From contig OZ024740.1 in the NCBI GenBank assembly GCA_964016885.1, forward strand, positions 353,648,001 through 353,712,000: a DNA stretch of 64,000 nt, in the 5' to 3' direction. The translations under genes and the position numbers were made by a program. The stretch is from Eledone cirrhosa. Taxonomy: Eukaryota. The notes under the pieces were generated by a model. That model was not told where the DNA came from and did no database searches. It saw nothing but the letters and a program-made list of their open reading frames with translations. Of this stretch, positions 43,738 to 57,661 are shown in pieces. The first letter of the stretch is position 1. Each line of letters starts with the position of its first letter.

Positions 43738-44518
43738 TAAAATAACAGATTTTAATAAATATATAAATATAATATTTGCTCTACAGTTCTTATATATCTC
43801 ATATATATTTATCCTTATCGAGCCCTCTTTGAATTTTAGTCTTCAAATTTATTATTGTATATATTGTATATATATTGTATATTGTATATATATATACTTA
43901 AAGAAAAGTGGCTCACGAAGGCTTTTTTTTTAAAATGAAATTATGACTGTCACGTGAACAAGTACATTAAATTCGCGCCCGTATTTTGGAATTTTTTTTA
44001 TAGCCATTTAGAGAATTTTGTGCCAAACAAAAAATAATGGTCAAGAAAAAAGGGATGGAGATAGTTGTTCTGAGTATGACTGATGTGCTGAAATGTAATT
44101 TGATTGGTTATAAATGAAATTATGACTGTCACGTGAACAAGTTCATTAAATATATATACGCATATATATATATACCCACACACATATATACATGATTGAA
44201 GAACAATCACACATACATCTACGTTCATTTATAAATATTTTACCACGTAGACACATGCATGCATATTGACCAGTATTAATACTTGCAGGTAATCACATGA
44301 CATTCATTTACCTAGAAACAATTGGCATGAGAGAGAATAGACAAGGAACAGTAATGTGGCGAGAGAGAAAGAAAAAGAGAGAGTGGGTAGAGAGAGATAG
44401 GAGAAAATGAGAGGGTCAAGGAGAGAGAACTTGAGAAAGAGAGTAGATAGAGAAGGATAGGAGACAAAGAAAGGAACAGAGAAATACAGAAGAGGGAGGA
44501 AAATAGTTATATACATAT

Positions 44519-44599
<81 letters not shown>

Positions 44600-45239
44600 T
44601 AAACGAAAGGTAAATGAGATATCGATGATGTGTGGCTTGAAGCTAATTTACAATCAATGATTTTGGAGTAGCTATTATCCTGGTTAACTTCCCTCTTCCG
44701 TGTTAGTTTAGCTTCCATGGAAACTATTGCCTGCTGTCAAGCGTCGGAAAATATTCTCTTCCTTTAACCTAAGAAAACATTGGTTCAATAGCTACTTCTA
44801 TGGCTTCTGTTAATGAGGTCAAAATCGAGCAATTAGATGGAAGTCTTTGTGATTGCATACTTCCATAAGTTTTATTATGTTGAGTATCGTTATAAATTTC
44901 TTCCATTTCCCGATTATAGCTTTCCTTTCGAGCTCTCCATCCCATTTTGCTTTTTTTGTCTGTCAAAAATTTAAATGTTTTTAGCTGGTTTCATAGAGTT
45001 AAATAATTACTTGGTGTGAGAATTGACAATATATGACTGTTGAAATATTGGAAGAAAGTCATAAGCTGATAACTTTTATTTTCAATATTTTTCTCCTTTT
45101 CGTAAACAGTAATTAAGTGACATGGGGCCCTGTTATTATTAATTGGTATGAAGAATTAAATTAATCACAGTTTTACGTACATAAATATTAAAAACATTAC
45201 ACAGAAAGAGAAAAGAAAAATTAAATAAGGAAAAAAAAA

Positions 45240-45342
45240 AATTGTTTCTACTTTTGGCACAAGTCCATCAATTACCCAGTACATTACTGGTACTTTATTT
45301 TATCGACCCCGTAAGGATGAAAGGCAAAGTTAACCTCGGCGG
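45240..45342 (-). mobile_element. SINE family A 3' half
   Basis: Core consensus. Confidence 0.75.
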
Positions 45343-45389
45343 AAAAAAAATAATGAAGAGGGGAAGGGCAGTCGCTATACCCTAGCTAG

Positions 45390-45640
45390 ATGCTCTATCT
45401 CAGCTACATCCTGCGAACAACACAACCATCGACACCTGCTGCACCAGTCAATCATCTAACTGGGCTCCTTTCTCAGGTGGAATGCACTCCTCCCGGCGTT
45501 GCAGAGGAAAATGGTAGCCCAGGAACTGAGGACACCGAAGATCTCAACGACGACCGACACGAAAAAAAGCGGTCGTTTAAATCCAGGAATTTGGATGTTC
45601 TGCTCCTCAGCGCAACGGAAGGCAGTTCCCGGATTTGTGA
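45390..45640 (-). mobile_element. Decayed CRE-like RLE fragment
   Basis: FVSVVVEIFGVLSSWATIFLCNAGRSAFHLRKEP aligns by eye to the 48920 fragment. Confidence 0.4.
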
Positions 45641-47070
45641 CCGTAGTGACAAGGTTGTAGTCGGAGAATGTGTCGTAGAAATTTAAAACGCTCATCTATA
45701 ATATGAATCCTAACATCCAATTCAATATGGATTATACTAATAACAAATCAAAACATAAAGCCAGAGACTGACATATATTTCAAGTCTACCGACTAACGAC
45801 AATATCTCCTTTTTACATCATTTCATCCAACACATAACCGTATCAATATTCCACTCAACTTATCTACACATTAGTCAAACCCAACAATAAGAAACTACAG
45901 ACAAATACAGGTGAAAACAATACTCATCAACAGAAAATAGCTTCAGATTCTAATCAATAGTAGCATTCAAAAAGCAAAATAAATTAATATCGAAGTACTC
46001 AGAGAAACAAAAATAAAAAAAAAAATAAAAAGAGGTCCTACCATATATTTCAGCATTTAACCCAAAGAACTCAGAAATATACACACACTTACAACTAAAC
46101 ATACCTATACTACTAAAGGACAAAAAAAAAAAAAAATGAAAAGAAAACAACCTCTTATAAAAGTACCAAGTTATAAAAGGTAAACGACAACTTAAGTCAC
46201 TAAAACAGATTTTAATAAATGCAAAGCTCTAACCGGAATTAAAGAGCCTCAAGTGAAAAGATGCAGCCGACATAACCGTGGAGTGTACACCTATTTATTA
46301 GAAAGCCACGAATTTCACTTCAAAGAAGGTCTCATTTTCAAAATAAAAAATGACTTCTCGTGCAATTCAGAAAATTTTATATATATTATAATATCTAAGG
46401 AAGGCCAGAAACTCGACGTTCCTTGGAGATCTGATGAAATAGATGAGCTTGTACCTACATTTTAAAAGGTAATATTTGAAGCTCTAGTTAAACTTTAATT
46501 AGTTACCTACCTAGATATGTGTGATTACACACTTTACAAATTATCCCCTTTGATTGTTTTATGTGTTTATTTTAAATATATATATATATGTCAATCAATT
46601 TCTAGTTGATATAAAATGCTTGGATCTTTGAGCTTATTCTACGGTGGATATGGCGCATGTCTCGGACATGAATCCCTTAATTTAATTTAATTAAATTAAT
46701 TTTGTATATATATATATATATATATATAAGAAAAAGAAATCGAAAATGCAACTGGAATCTTTTTAAGAATATTTATTTATTTACTTTACCGGTTTCACAG
46801 TTCTTATGCATTTCAAAAGTAGAACTGAGATGGAGGGTTTGTGGTTTTTCTAAATATTCTTGAAAAGTCCCAGTTTCATTTTCGATTTCTTTTCCTTATA
46901 CTTTCACCCGTGTAGGACATCTAATTTTTTATTAAAAAAAACTCAGTTTCTTATATATATATATATAACGAAGGAAATGTGGTAAGGAACCAGGTGGACC
47001 ATAACGCACCAAAGTACTCAATACTTAGGGTAGTAGAGTGGGTAATAGGAATGAGTAGGTCCTACTCGTT

Positions 47071-47138
<68 letters not shown>

Positions 47139-47398
47139 TATATATATATACATATATATACATATATAACCGCGATGAATTAGTTTTTCGAGGTTTTTGA
47201 TATGAAATCGTGTGTTGAAACATATATTGTTATACTTGGGGAGGGTCATATTTGTGTAATATTGCCAGAATTAATAACAGAACACACTCACTGTTTGGTT
47301 GATTTTCGCTTTTCGCTTCTGTGTCTTTTATATCGGTTAATTCAATTTATTCGGTCCTCAATGTTGCCATTGACTGACCAACGTATATATATATACAT

Positions 47399-47436
<38 letters not shown>

Positions 47437-47439
<3 letters not shown>

Positions 47440-47776
47440 ATATAAGATCAAAAGATGGTTAAAGGAGTTCCATATATTTTATTATGCGCATTTCAAAAAC
47501 AAACATCATCAAGCAATAATATTTGCGTTTTCATCAGATAAAACAGGAGAACATGATATGAAGGCTAAAAAAAACACTTGTTGATAGTGCAGTTTTAAAT
47601 CAACACATGTTGATTTAAAACTGCACTATCAACAAGTGTTTTTTTTAGCCTTCATATCATGTTCTCCTGTTTTATCTGATGAAAACGCAAATATTATTGC
47701 TTGATGATGTTTGTTTTTGAAATGCGCATAATAAAATATATGGAACTCCTTTAACCATCTTTTGATCTTATATTAT
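47437..47776. repeat. Foldback palindrome, 169-bp arms, 2-nt spacer
   Basis: Apparently perfect reverse-complement arms centred on 47606-47607. Confidence 0.95.
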
Positions 47777-47859
47777 GCATACTCCAGTCCCACAAACTGT
47801 AGAGTGCTTCTTATCCGATATCTGCATTGCTTTATTGTACTACAATAAAACTCACCTCC

Positions 47860-47942
<83 letters not shown>

Positions 47943-48204
47943 GTTTACGCCTAAATGAATGAATTATATTTCAGAATCCTTCAGTTAGCTCAATACACCC
48001 CTTGGAAAATATATAAATGTACAACATTGCTTAATCTTTTCTTCTAATGCTGTGTTTGATAATAAACAACAACCTAGTAATGTACAATTGAAATAACTAC
48101 CACTACATTAGGATAGACAATAGTAAACTAACATTACTTTACAATTGTCAGGAACAAACCCTCTATATTTTAGCTGGTAGTTAAGAAATCTCAGCTTTCA
48201 ACAT

Positions 48205-48425
48205 CAGACCTGTCAACTCTCCCCGTCCAACGGGGAAATCTTCCACTCACTTTCATTATGTAAAATCTCCCCATTTTGCCTCATTTCTCCCCGTTTTGGA
48301 TCTCACATTTTCTTGGTACTCCCCGTTTGGGTTTTTAAAGGTTGGCAGATCTGCAAGTTGTGAATGCGGTACACCTTTTTTTCATGGTACTCCCCATTTA
48401 GGTTTTTAGAAGTTGGCAGGTATGC
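48205..48425. mobile_element. MITE copy plus duplicated end, same family
   Basis: cagacctgtcaac...gttggcagatctg followed by a second partial right end. Confidence 0.6.
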
Positions 48426-48465
48426 AACATAGAATTTACACAGATTTAAAATATACTTCACTTAC

Positions 48466-48709
48466 CTTTGTAGCAAGAGTTGCACTCTGTAAGATATCTC
48501 CGGGCCAAAATAACTGTGACGCTACTGTAACAGCTGTTAAACTGAGACTTACATTGCCACCAGCATCAAATGTTGTATCCAAGTTGTGTTCATCGTGATA
48601 TATATACTTTCGAACGGCATTGTACAGGATTGCCAAAATGACTGAAAATCCCCCGAAACCGAGTAGCATGAGCAATGCACTTTCATGTTTACCGAGTACT
48701 GCTTTCACT
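48466..48709 (-). CDS. DUR3: DUR3-like symporter, first identifiable coding exon
   Basis: tttgtAG|...AAG|GTaagt; encodes VKAVLGKHESALLMLLGFGGFSVILA...FDAGGNVSLSLTAVTVASQLFWPGDILQSATLATK. The start-codon exon upstream was not securely located. Confidence 0.88.
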
Positions 48710-48859
48710 CTACAAATAAAAATTAGAAACCAATAAATATAAGGTAAAAAATAATTGAAGGTAGAAATGAAAGGAAGAAGTAATGAATAAAATGAACATT
48801 TAGATATCAAATACTGACATGTAATATAGGTACAAAGCTCTAATGGGTTTCTGGTGGGT

Positions 48860-49115
48860 GGGCTATTTTGTTAGAATTACAGTCAATAATATCGACCGCA
48901 GACTGGGCTTGTTCGGCTGCTTCCTCTTTGCACCGGTCGCCGTCGAAACCTCGGGCGTTTTCAGACCCCGTACAACTGACCTCCTCCGTAAAATCGGAAT
49001 GACAGTATCCCATCTGAGGAAGGAGCACCACGAGGTGGTATGGCTGTTGCAGCGGGTGTTGGTGGCCATTGTCCGTGGCAACACCTTTACCATTTTGTCC
49101 GCGTGGTGCAATCGA
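48860..49115 (+). mobile_element. CRE-like non-LTR retrotransposon 3' (RLE) fragment
   Basis: FAPVAVETSGVF...LLRKIG...WLLQRVLVAIVRGN: C-terminal 'F.P.AVET.G...L.QR.S.AI.RGN' pattern of RLE elements. Confidence 0.65.
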
Positions 49116-49346
49116 AACAGGACTCTGACTTAGGTGTAGAGTTTGTCACCCTCTCTCATTTCCTCTTCCTTGCCCTTCCCTCTCTTTTCTCTCATTTATA
49201 GTCTTCTGCAGTGCCACTTTCTTTTTCTTTGATTGATTTTTATTAATTTGTTTCTTTTGAATATTTCATATTCATATTATATTTGACATATATTGTGCTT
49301 AGATGAACACAAGAGAATAAATATAATAGTTTTTTCTTCTCTCATA

Positions 49347-49430
<84 letters not shown>

Positions 49431-51683
49431 GGAATAGAATGAAACGAAATTTCATTTCTCACTCTTAGGTGACGTGGTTGCCTAAACACTGTACGGCGTA
49501 ATTCGGCGTAATTCGGTTTGTTTACAAACAAATCGAGCATTATAATAAATGTTCGGTAAACCGATACGTGCATGTATATATGTGTGCATGTATGTATATG
49601 TACACATACTACTGTACGTCTGTATACATATATGTATGTACGTATACATACATACATACTTACATATATATATATATATATATATACGCTAGAAGGATGA
49701 AAGGCAAAGTAGACTTCGGGACTACTCAAACTCAGAATGTAAAGCGACAGAATTCTATACCACAGGGCATTTTGCCCATTACTTTACATATTCTACAAAC
49801 TTTTCGCCGAAAGATATCAAATATTCTCGAGTGAATATGAATAAACATAAATAAATAAAGGAAGAAAGAAAATGAGTACGAAGGATAATATTACCGCATT
49901 AATTTGTTCGATAAACTACATAAAACACTATTTTTATTTCTTCACTTTTAATCCTCATTTACGTAAAGTATAATAACTGCGATATCCAATATGGACTTTT
50001 CAGAGTTTCATACAAATTTATGGAAACAATTAAAAGTAACGAAATAAAGCAACAAAGAAGGCAAAATTCGAATAATTCCAGTAGATAATAGACAATAATC
50101 ATTTCTAAGGAGCAAACTCGGGAGAAAAAATACAAAGTGAACCAGAACATGATTTGAACCCAGAATTTAAAGGCATTTTGCAAGATATTTTGTCAACCAG
50201 TTCTTTTGCTATGATTATACTACAAAGTAATAGAACTATTGGTTTCCTTGTGGCCTTGTGCTTAAATCAGAAACTAATATTGGTTTCCTTGGATAAGGGA
50301 CATACCTTGGTGCAGGATTCGATAAGATTCAGTTACTCAATGAAAGACATTCCAACTCATTTATAGCAATAATGGAGTTGTAGGGGCGCCGTAATGACAT
50401 ACGGCGTTTCCTGAGTATTTTAAAACATGGCGGAGCCCATTTCTTCTCAAGGTCTGAATTCCCCAAAAGAAGGAGTGAGGATGATAGAGAGAAAAGAGCT
50501 AGAGATGAAGAATCCATCCCAGTACTGGACTGGACTGGTACTTTATTTATTGATCTCAAAAAGATGAAAGTTAAAATACAGTAACAATACTTTTGGTAAA
50601 AACAAAACTCCATTATCTCCTAAAATATAAAACCTTGAATTTAGTTAAAACAACTATCTTGTGGGGATGAGGAGTGGTTCATCGAATCAACCTTAGTATT
50701 TTACTGGGATGTTTTTTCACGATGTAATGGATAACTGTCGGCATTTGAATCAAGAACGAGACAGACCGAACTAAATAGATACGTTTGTAGCTGGGTGTCT
50801 AATTATATCGGTAAGTGATTTATAGTAATAGTAGTAGAGGAAATTAGATGTTCATGGTTTTCAGTAATAATATTAAGAACATAAGTGAATTAGAATAGTA
50901 TTAACTTGGAATCGAAAGAAGGTCAGAGAATCAACCAAGACGACGCTTACATCTAAATTTATAGCACTAACCAATTTGGTATTCTGTCAATTTGTTACCT
51001 AAGAAGAATTAAATATCATTAGGGTTAATTAAATGTGAAGTTGCTATATACATGAATCTCCCGAGGGAATTGTGAAGTGGTTTTCAGAATTGAAATTGGG
51101 ACTCGGGTTTTGTTTTAGAGGAGAATATTTCATATGTTATGATGAGTATTACTATGGCATATTATGGATTTATTTTGAATAAGCAGAAGGATCAACTTGG
51201 AATTTATAATATATTGGATCGACTTCAATCTATTATTGGCAAATGTATTATTGACCTCGGGGAGATGAAAGATGAAGCTGATACCAAAGACAAAATCTCC
51301 ACTTCTAGAGAGCTACAACTTTCTGCAAACTCTATATTAATAACGAGCTTACGTTAATTAATTTTGTAATATAATGAGCGTCATTTGCAGGAAATAACAC
51401 GAATTAGATCAATAAAACAGAAAAAAACTTTCTTTAGAACTAAATATACAAATACCAATTGGAAGAATGTTCTGGAAATCCAAAGAATACATCAAGCGAA
51501 TAAGCCACGAAATAAGTATTTGCAAAATATTGTTTTTTCTTTCAAGGTAAATAATTGAAGTTGTGACGTTCATGCCGTTTCTAAAAGCGTTAGTAAGTTA
51601 GCTGGTTTTATTGGAATTCTATACAGGATCATGAACGGTGTTCTTTGAGAGTTTACTTTCTATTGTACCGCATTCACAACTTG

Positions 51684-51876
51684 CAGACCAGCCAACATCT
51701 AAAAACACAAACGGGGTGTACCATGAAAATGTGCCCCAGAACGGAGAGAAATGAGGCAAAATGGGGAGATTTTACATAATGAAAGCTATACCCATTTTCA
51801 CAAGAGAAGACATATCTCACCCACCCCAAAGTGGGTGGGAGATCTCATCGTCGGACAGAGAGAGTTAACTGGTCTG
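51684..51876. mobile_element. MITE, same family as 2328-2520
   Basis: cagaccag...ctggtctg termini flanked by the direct repeat CAACTTG (7-bp TSD). Confidence 0.7.
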
Positions 51877-52306
51877 CAACTTGTAACATTGAATAGATTA
51901 ACACCGTAGCACTATTGAGTCGTGTGTGATTATAGAAACTTTTCTCTCTTCACAGAATGACTCGAGGCTGGAATAAACTAAAATAGTGTTCCATTGCTTC
52001 TGCAAGTTCAGACAAAGATTTTTTGAATTCAGCACTGCAAACTATGAAACAAATGAAATCTTATCAAATTTACAATGCTTTCACTATGTGGAGTGAGGTG
52101 TTTTGGTCACGGATTTAATGCCGTGTCAACGACAAAGTGTAAAATAGTGATCACTTCGTATTTCCACCTAGCTCCCTGTCGAATCAATCGCTCATGTTAA
52201 ATATTTAATTCTAACGGCTCAATGCCAAATAAAAATGTATGGTACTGACACAAAGCCTCATACTTATAGATGAAGGAAAATAATGTTACATTATATTTTT
52301 GCCTCA

Positions 52307-53095
52307 AAGGCGGTGGATTGACAGTATCAGTAGAGGGTCGGACATCATGCATTCCAGCACAGAGTTACGCCCCTTTACGGTCTGAGTTAAAATCCAGCCG
52401 AGGTTAACTTTGCATTTCATCCTTACGGGGTCGATAAAATAAAGTACCAGTAATGCACTGGGGTAATTGCTGGCCTTGTGCCAAAAGTAGAAGCAATTAT
52501 ATTTATGCCTTCGTCAGAGGTATCAGTGGTCCCATTAATTTGAAATGACCATACCAAAGAATCAAAAGGGTGTGGCGGACCTGACTCGTTTAACGCTAAT
52601 TTATCTTTACAGTAATAATCTTTACAGTAATACTAGATATTGTTTTCTTACTTTTGTAAAGGACTCGTTTTTGCAAAATAACAAACAAAACGTATATTGG
52701 TGGATTGGCAGTATCGGTAGAGGGTCGGACACCATGCTTTGCAGCAAAGAGTTACGGCCCTTTATGATCTGATTTCAAATCTCGCCGAGGTTAACTTTGC
52801 CTTTCATCCTTACGGGGGTCGATAAAATAAAGTACCAGTAATACACTGGAATAATTACTGGCTTTGTGCCAAAAGTAGAAACAATTATTATTAGTAGTAG
52901 CCGGCAGACACCATGTTTTGCAGCGTAGAGTTATGGCCCTTTACTTTTGAGTTCAAATCCCGCCGAGGTTAGCTTTGCCTTTCATCCTTACGGAGCCGAT
53001 AAAATAAAGTACCAGTCATGTCCTGAGGTCGATTTAATCGACTTTTCCCTCCTCCAAAATTGCTGGCCTTGTGCCTAAAGTAGAAACAATTATTA
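52307..53095 (+). mobile_element. Three SINE family A copies
   Basis: 52307-52500, 52700-52890, 52905-53095. Confidence 0.8.
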
Positions 53096-54671
53096 TTGTA
53101 ATTAGTAATAGTAGTAGCAGCAGCAGCAGCAGCAGCAGTGGCGGCAGCAGTAGTAGTAATAGTAGTAGTAGTAGCAGTAGTAGTAGTAATAGTAAAATAT
53201 GGTGTGTAGAATAGAAAAAAACCAACAAAATGGTTGAACATTCACACGCGTATATCCACATAAACCAAGTACATATGTTTAGGTTAATGTGTATGAAAGA
53301 GAAATGTTAGTTTGAACGGATTGATATGTTCAGAAGGGATTTAATAACATGACATACACATGCTTATAGTTTATTCAGAAATTAATCAATGGAACTTATT
53401 CGATATGCCACGTAGTTTGCTTACAAAACATTATGCTGTACCCAAAGTAGATTTCTCTCGTTACGTTAACTTATTGGTGACATATTCATTCACACTTCGG
53501 CTCTCATCAATAACATCTTGAAGTTATTGCTTCTCATCAGAGACAAGTGTGCAATAAAAGCAAGTGTACGCGATAATTTACTTTACACGCTTCATACCTT
53601 CCAAACTAGCATGGCATCGGCCAGTCATTTCAGCATTGTGAACATTTACAGTTCGATCAAGTGATACCTTTTTAGATCAGACAGTAATCGACGGTATTTT
53701 GTAATTTCTTATTTATTTAGTATCCATTCATTGTTGTCTTTTACTTTCATGCTAATATCGGCCTTTGATATTATTTTGAAAGTATATTTGGACATTGGAG
53801 AATGCTTCTAACGTACACAATTTACTTTACCGATATATTCTGTTAAATCTAACTTGCTGTTTAATGTTTTGGTTTCAAACTTTGCCAGGTTTGATTTCTC
53901 ATAAAGTAGTTAAAGGACAAATTCAGAGAGATATATTTTCTTATAGGCATATAGGCAGAGGAGGGTTGTTCATGGTATTACTGAATCAAAAGAGAGGTTA
54001 AGATTGGGAGGACTGGCTTAGTCTAGAACAGATGAAACGGTGATCATACTGATAACTCTTATCCAATATTTAGCTGAAAGAGGCTGTCTGAGAAACGCAG
54101 ATCACAGGCGACTAATAATTGTTTTCAGAATCTACGGACATATACAAATAGACTGGTGCGTGAATAGAGTACATGTCCAGCCAGTCAAAATACACTCCAT
54201 ATGATTCATTACATGTCCGAGTGGGCAGTATGGTTCACAGCCAGAGTATGACACGGTATCGCTAGAAAGTTGAACTTGTGGGTTGCGTCTAGTCATTTGG
54301 CGACTATCTATTAGATCATAGCAAATACGATAACACAAAACAATTAGAAGAAAAATGAAGGATGATAAAAGTTTGAGCTAGAAACCCCCTTTTCAATGAA
54401 AGCAAGGACGGAAACTCACCCTTCGCAGAAACATTTAGCCTACGGAGACATACATTTCATCACGTATCAATAAACTTGACGTTTTAAAGAATACCTACAT
54501 ATGACCAGTTAAGTAAAATTTGTGTCCGACAACATACAGAAGTTAGTTTCAGTACAAAGGTAACTCATACATTATGACCATATCACATACCCTGCTGGAA
54601 AGGTATCTAAGAAGGATATGAAGTAACATTGATTTTTAACTCGAGATAGACAATAAGGCAGCCGGTTGGTT

Positions 54672-55070
54672 TCGCTTGTATTCGCGATTGTATTCTTTCG
54701 GTCATTACCCAAGATACATGACCATATGTAAGGGCTGGCACGATTACGGAATTGGAGATAGCAAATTTGGATTTTACACCAACCTCCCTTCTTTTGATTA
54801 CCGAATGCTGAAGCTAGTGCATTACTGCACTAGCTCCTGTAATTCTTGCACTTAATTCAGCTTCCTGCCTTCCATCACTCATGAACACGGCCCGAAATAC
54901 TTGAATTTCTGTACCTGCTTCAGTGGAACTCCATTCACATACTAAGTGCCTGCGCGGACTTCCTTGAGAGGACGAGTGCCTCAATTTTTGTAGCGCTGAT
55001 TTTCATTTCAACAATGCAGCACTCGTCATCAAACTTCTCAAGTGCAAGTCGGAGTCCACCTTCTGTCGAG
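54672..55070 (-). mobile_element. Decayed RTE-clade RT fragment
   Basis: Minus-strand translation gives MKISATKIEALVLSR..., NGVPLKQVQKFKY and IVPALTYGHVSWVMTERIQSRIQA-like segments. Confidence 0.55.
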
Positions 55071-57119
55071 TTAATTTGTAATGCTTGAAATAATCATTCA
55101 CATTTCTTTTGTCCACAATTTCTTTCCACTCTCTACATTACTTCAGCAATTATGAAAATTGGTCATTTGCAAGATTCTGCATTTAAAAATCACAAGGAAA
55201 CTGGAATACTTTTGCTTTTATTGTTATGCACGTCTTCTCGGGATAATACGTCAATCCGTTCTAATAGTTGGTACCACCAACACTAGCACCACTTAGCTCC
55301 AGCAACTCTGCGTCCACCCTATATTTCCAACCGCTGATTCCACCACCATTATAATTCTTTACATTTATTATTACGATTATTCTTTCAGTTATAAATTGTA
55401 TTATTCTATGTTATAAATTTTGTTTGAGATTATATGGTAATTTAGATCTTCAATGACAACTTACAATTCAGAGTGCTATATAAATTAGCATTTAGATATT
55501 ATTATTAAGTAATCATTTCTTCTTGAACTGAACTAGTGCCTGAATTGTTATTTTGAGCTAAAGTCATTACCCTTGCAATCAAAATACGTTTACAGGTACT
55601 ATATATGATACAAATTCCCATTTAACCACGTCCCACTATAAATCTATCAATTCGGTCTATGTAAGAAGCAATTATTATTTATAATGATCTTTCTAAAATG
55701 TCTATATTACTTGCTTGTTCAATACTGTGCCCCCACAGCTCTTATACAGATTTACAGAAAGTATGGCTCTGTAGTTTAGGAGTTTGCTTCACAACCACGT
55801 GGTTTCGTGTTAAGTTCTATTGTGTGGCCTAAGTGACTTCTACTATAACCTTGGGTTGACCAATGCATTGTGAGGCAAATTTGGCAGACCTAAACTGAAT
55901 GGAAGCTCGTCGTATGTATATTAATGATTATGCCACGTAACTTAGCAATTTGTCAAAAAGTATCCGATAAAATAAGTACCTGACTTGAACAAAATCTAGG
56001 TTTCTATTATCTACTATATCCTGTATTATGGCAGAAGTCTAATAATTGAAACCAGTAAAAAGAATGGAAGATATGTTAATAAAATTGGAAATTTCAAAGT
56101 AGTGATACTGAACCAGACAGCTATTTTAAAAATAATATCATAAGTAACAGCATCAATTATACCGCTATCTGACATTGGCAGACACAGGTAGCACTTTCTC
56201 TGGAATCACATGATTTAGATGTTTAACCCTTTTATTACCATATTTCTTCTATGCCGTTTAAATAATTTTGAAAGTAACCATGCATTTGGAAGAATGTAGC
56301 AATATAATGTAATTTTTCATTATTAAGCTAATATTGGGAATATTTGTTAACAAAATGTTCTTTTGTCTTCTCTAATCTGTCTGCCGAGGCCGCGGGGCGA
56401 GCGAGACGGAAGCAGTGACAATGGGAACTTGATTCCATTATATTCAGACCTAATATATATGTATATATTTATTGACCTTAAACTATAACGTGATGCTGGC
56501 AAATCCCATAATTGTCGTTTATTGATAGCATCATCATCGACATAAGTTCACCACCACCACCACCATCAGCATTACCCACTACCACCCATCACAATCACCA
56601 CAACCACCAACAGCCACCATCCCCATTACCCACTACCACCCATCACCATCACCATACCCTCCCTCCATCACCACCACCACACCACCATCAGCCACCATCA
56701 CCACCACCATCACCACTACCACCAACACTACCATTACCCACTACCACCATCACCAACACCACCATCACCACCACCACCACCACCACCAACACCACGACCA
56801 CCACCAACACCAACATTACCACCATCAGCTACTATCAACACCACCATTACCACCACCACCACCACCATCGGCTTCTATAAAATATTCTTATATAAAGTTA
56901 CAATAGAAAGTTTTAATATAAGTCTGTTGACTTTAAAACAAACAGTGTTGTATAACAGAATCAGGGACATCTTTAGTCTGTTTAGTATCAAAAGGGTTAA
57001 TCGAATGTTTTTTTGTTTTTTTCTTCAATATGGAACTTTGAATTTTAGATGGGGAAACATTTTTTTAAAAATTCTGATAACAGAATTTCTAGTTTATTTT
57101 GCTTGGCTGACACATCAAT

Positions 57120-57181
<62 letters not shown>

Positions 57182-57229
57182 ATACTACTACTACTACTAC
57201 TGCTGCTACTGCTGCTGCTACTGCTGCTG

Positions 57230-57263
<34 letters not shown>

Positions 57264-57543
57264 ATAGTTTATATTCTATCTAGTCTTATTTGTTATAGGA
57301 TATCGTGTTTTTACAGTTGTCATATCCACTAACTACCATCAACACTAGCACAACGTCTGTTAATACTGTTGTATACTCCTCACGTTCCACAGATTATTTA
57401 GCCTGCAGAGTGTCTGTAAAAAGGAACATTCACCATTAGTATATAAATTGCAACATATGTCAAGTTATCGAGCGAATCAAGTTAACAATCACTTTGTTCT
57501 GAGCGAATAATTAGTTTTCAGTATCATATTTTCTCTATTTAAT

Positions 57544-57606
<63 letters not shown>

Positions 57607-57611
57607 GTATG

Positions 57612-57645
<34 letters not shown>

Positions 57646-57661
57646 TGTATGTATGTATGTA

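Noticed and set aside
56512-57283. Pro/Thr/His-rich and poly-Leu/poly-Thr ORFs
   Set aside because: Trinucleotide (CCA/CTA/CTG)n repeats.
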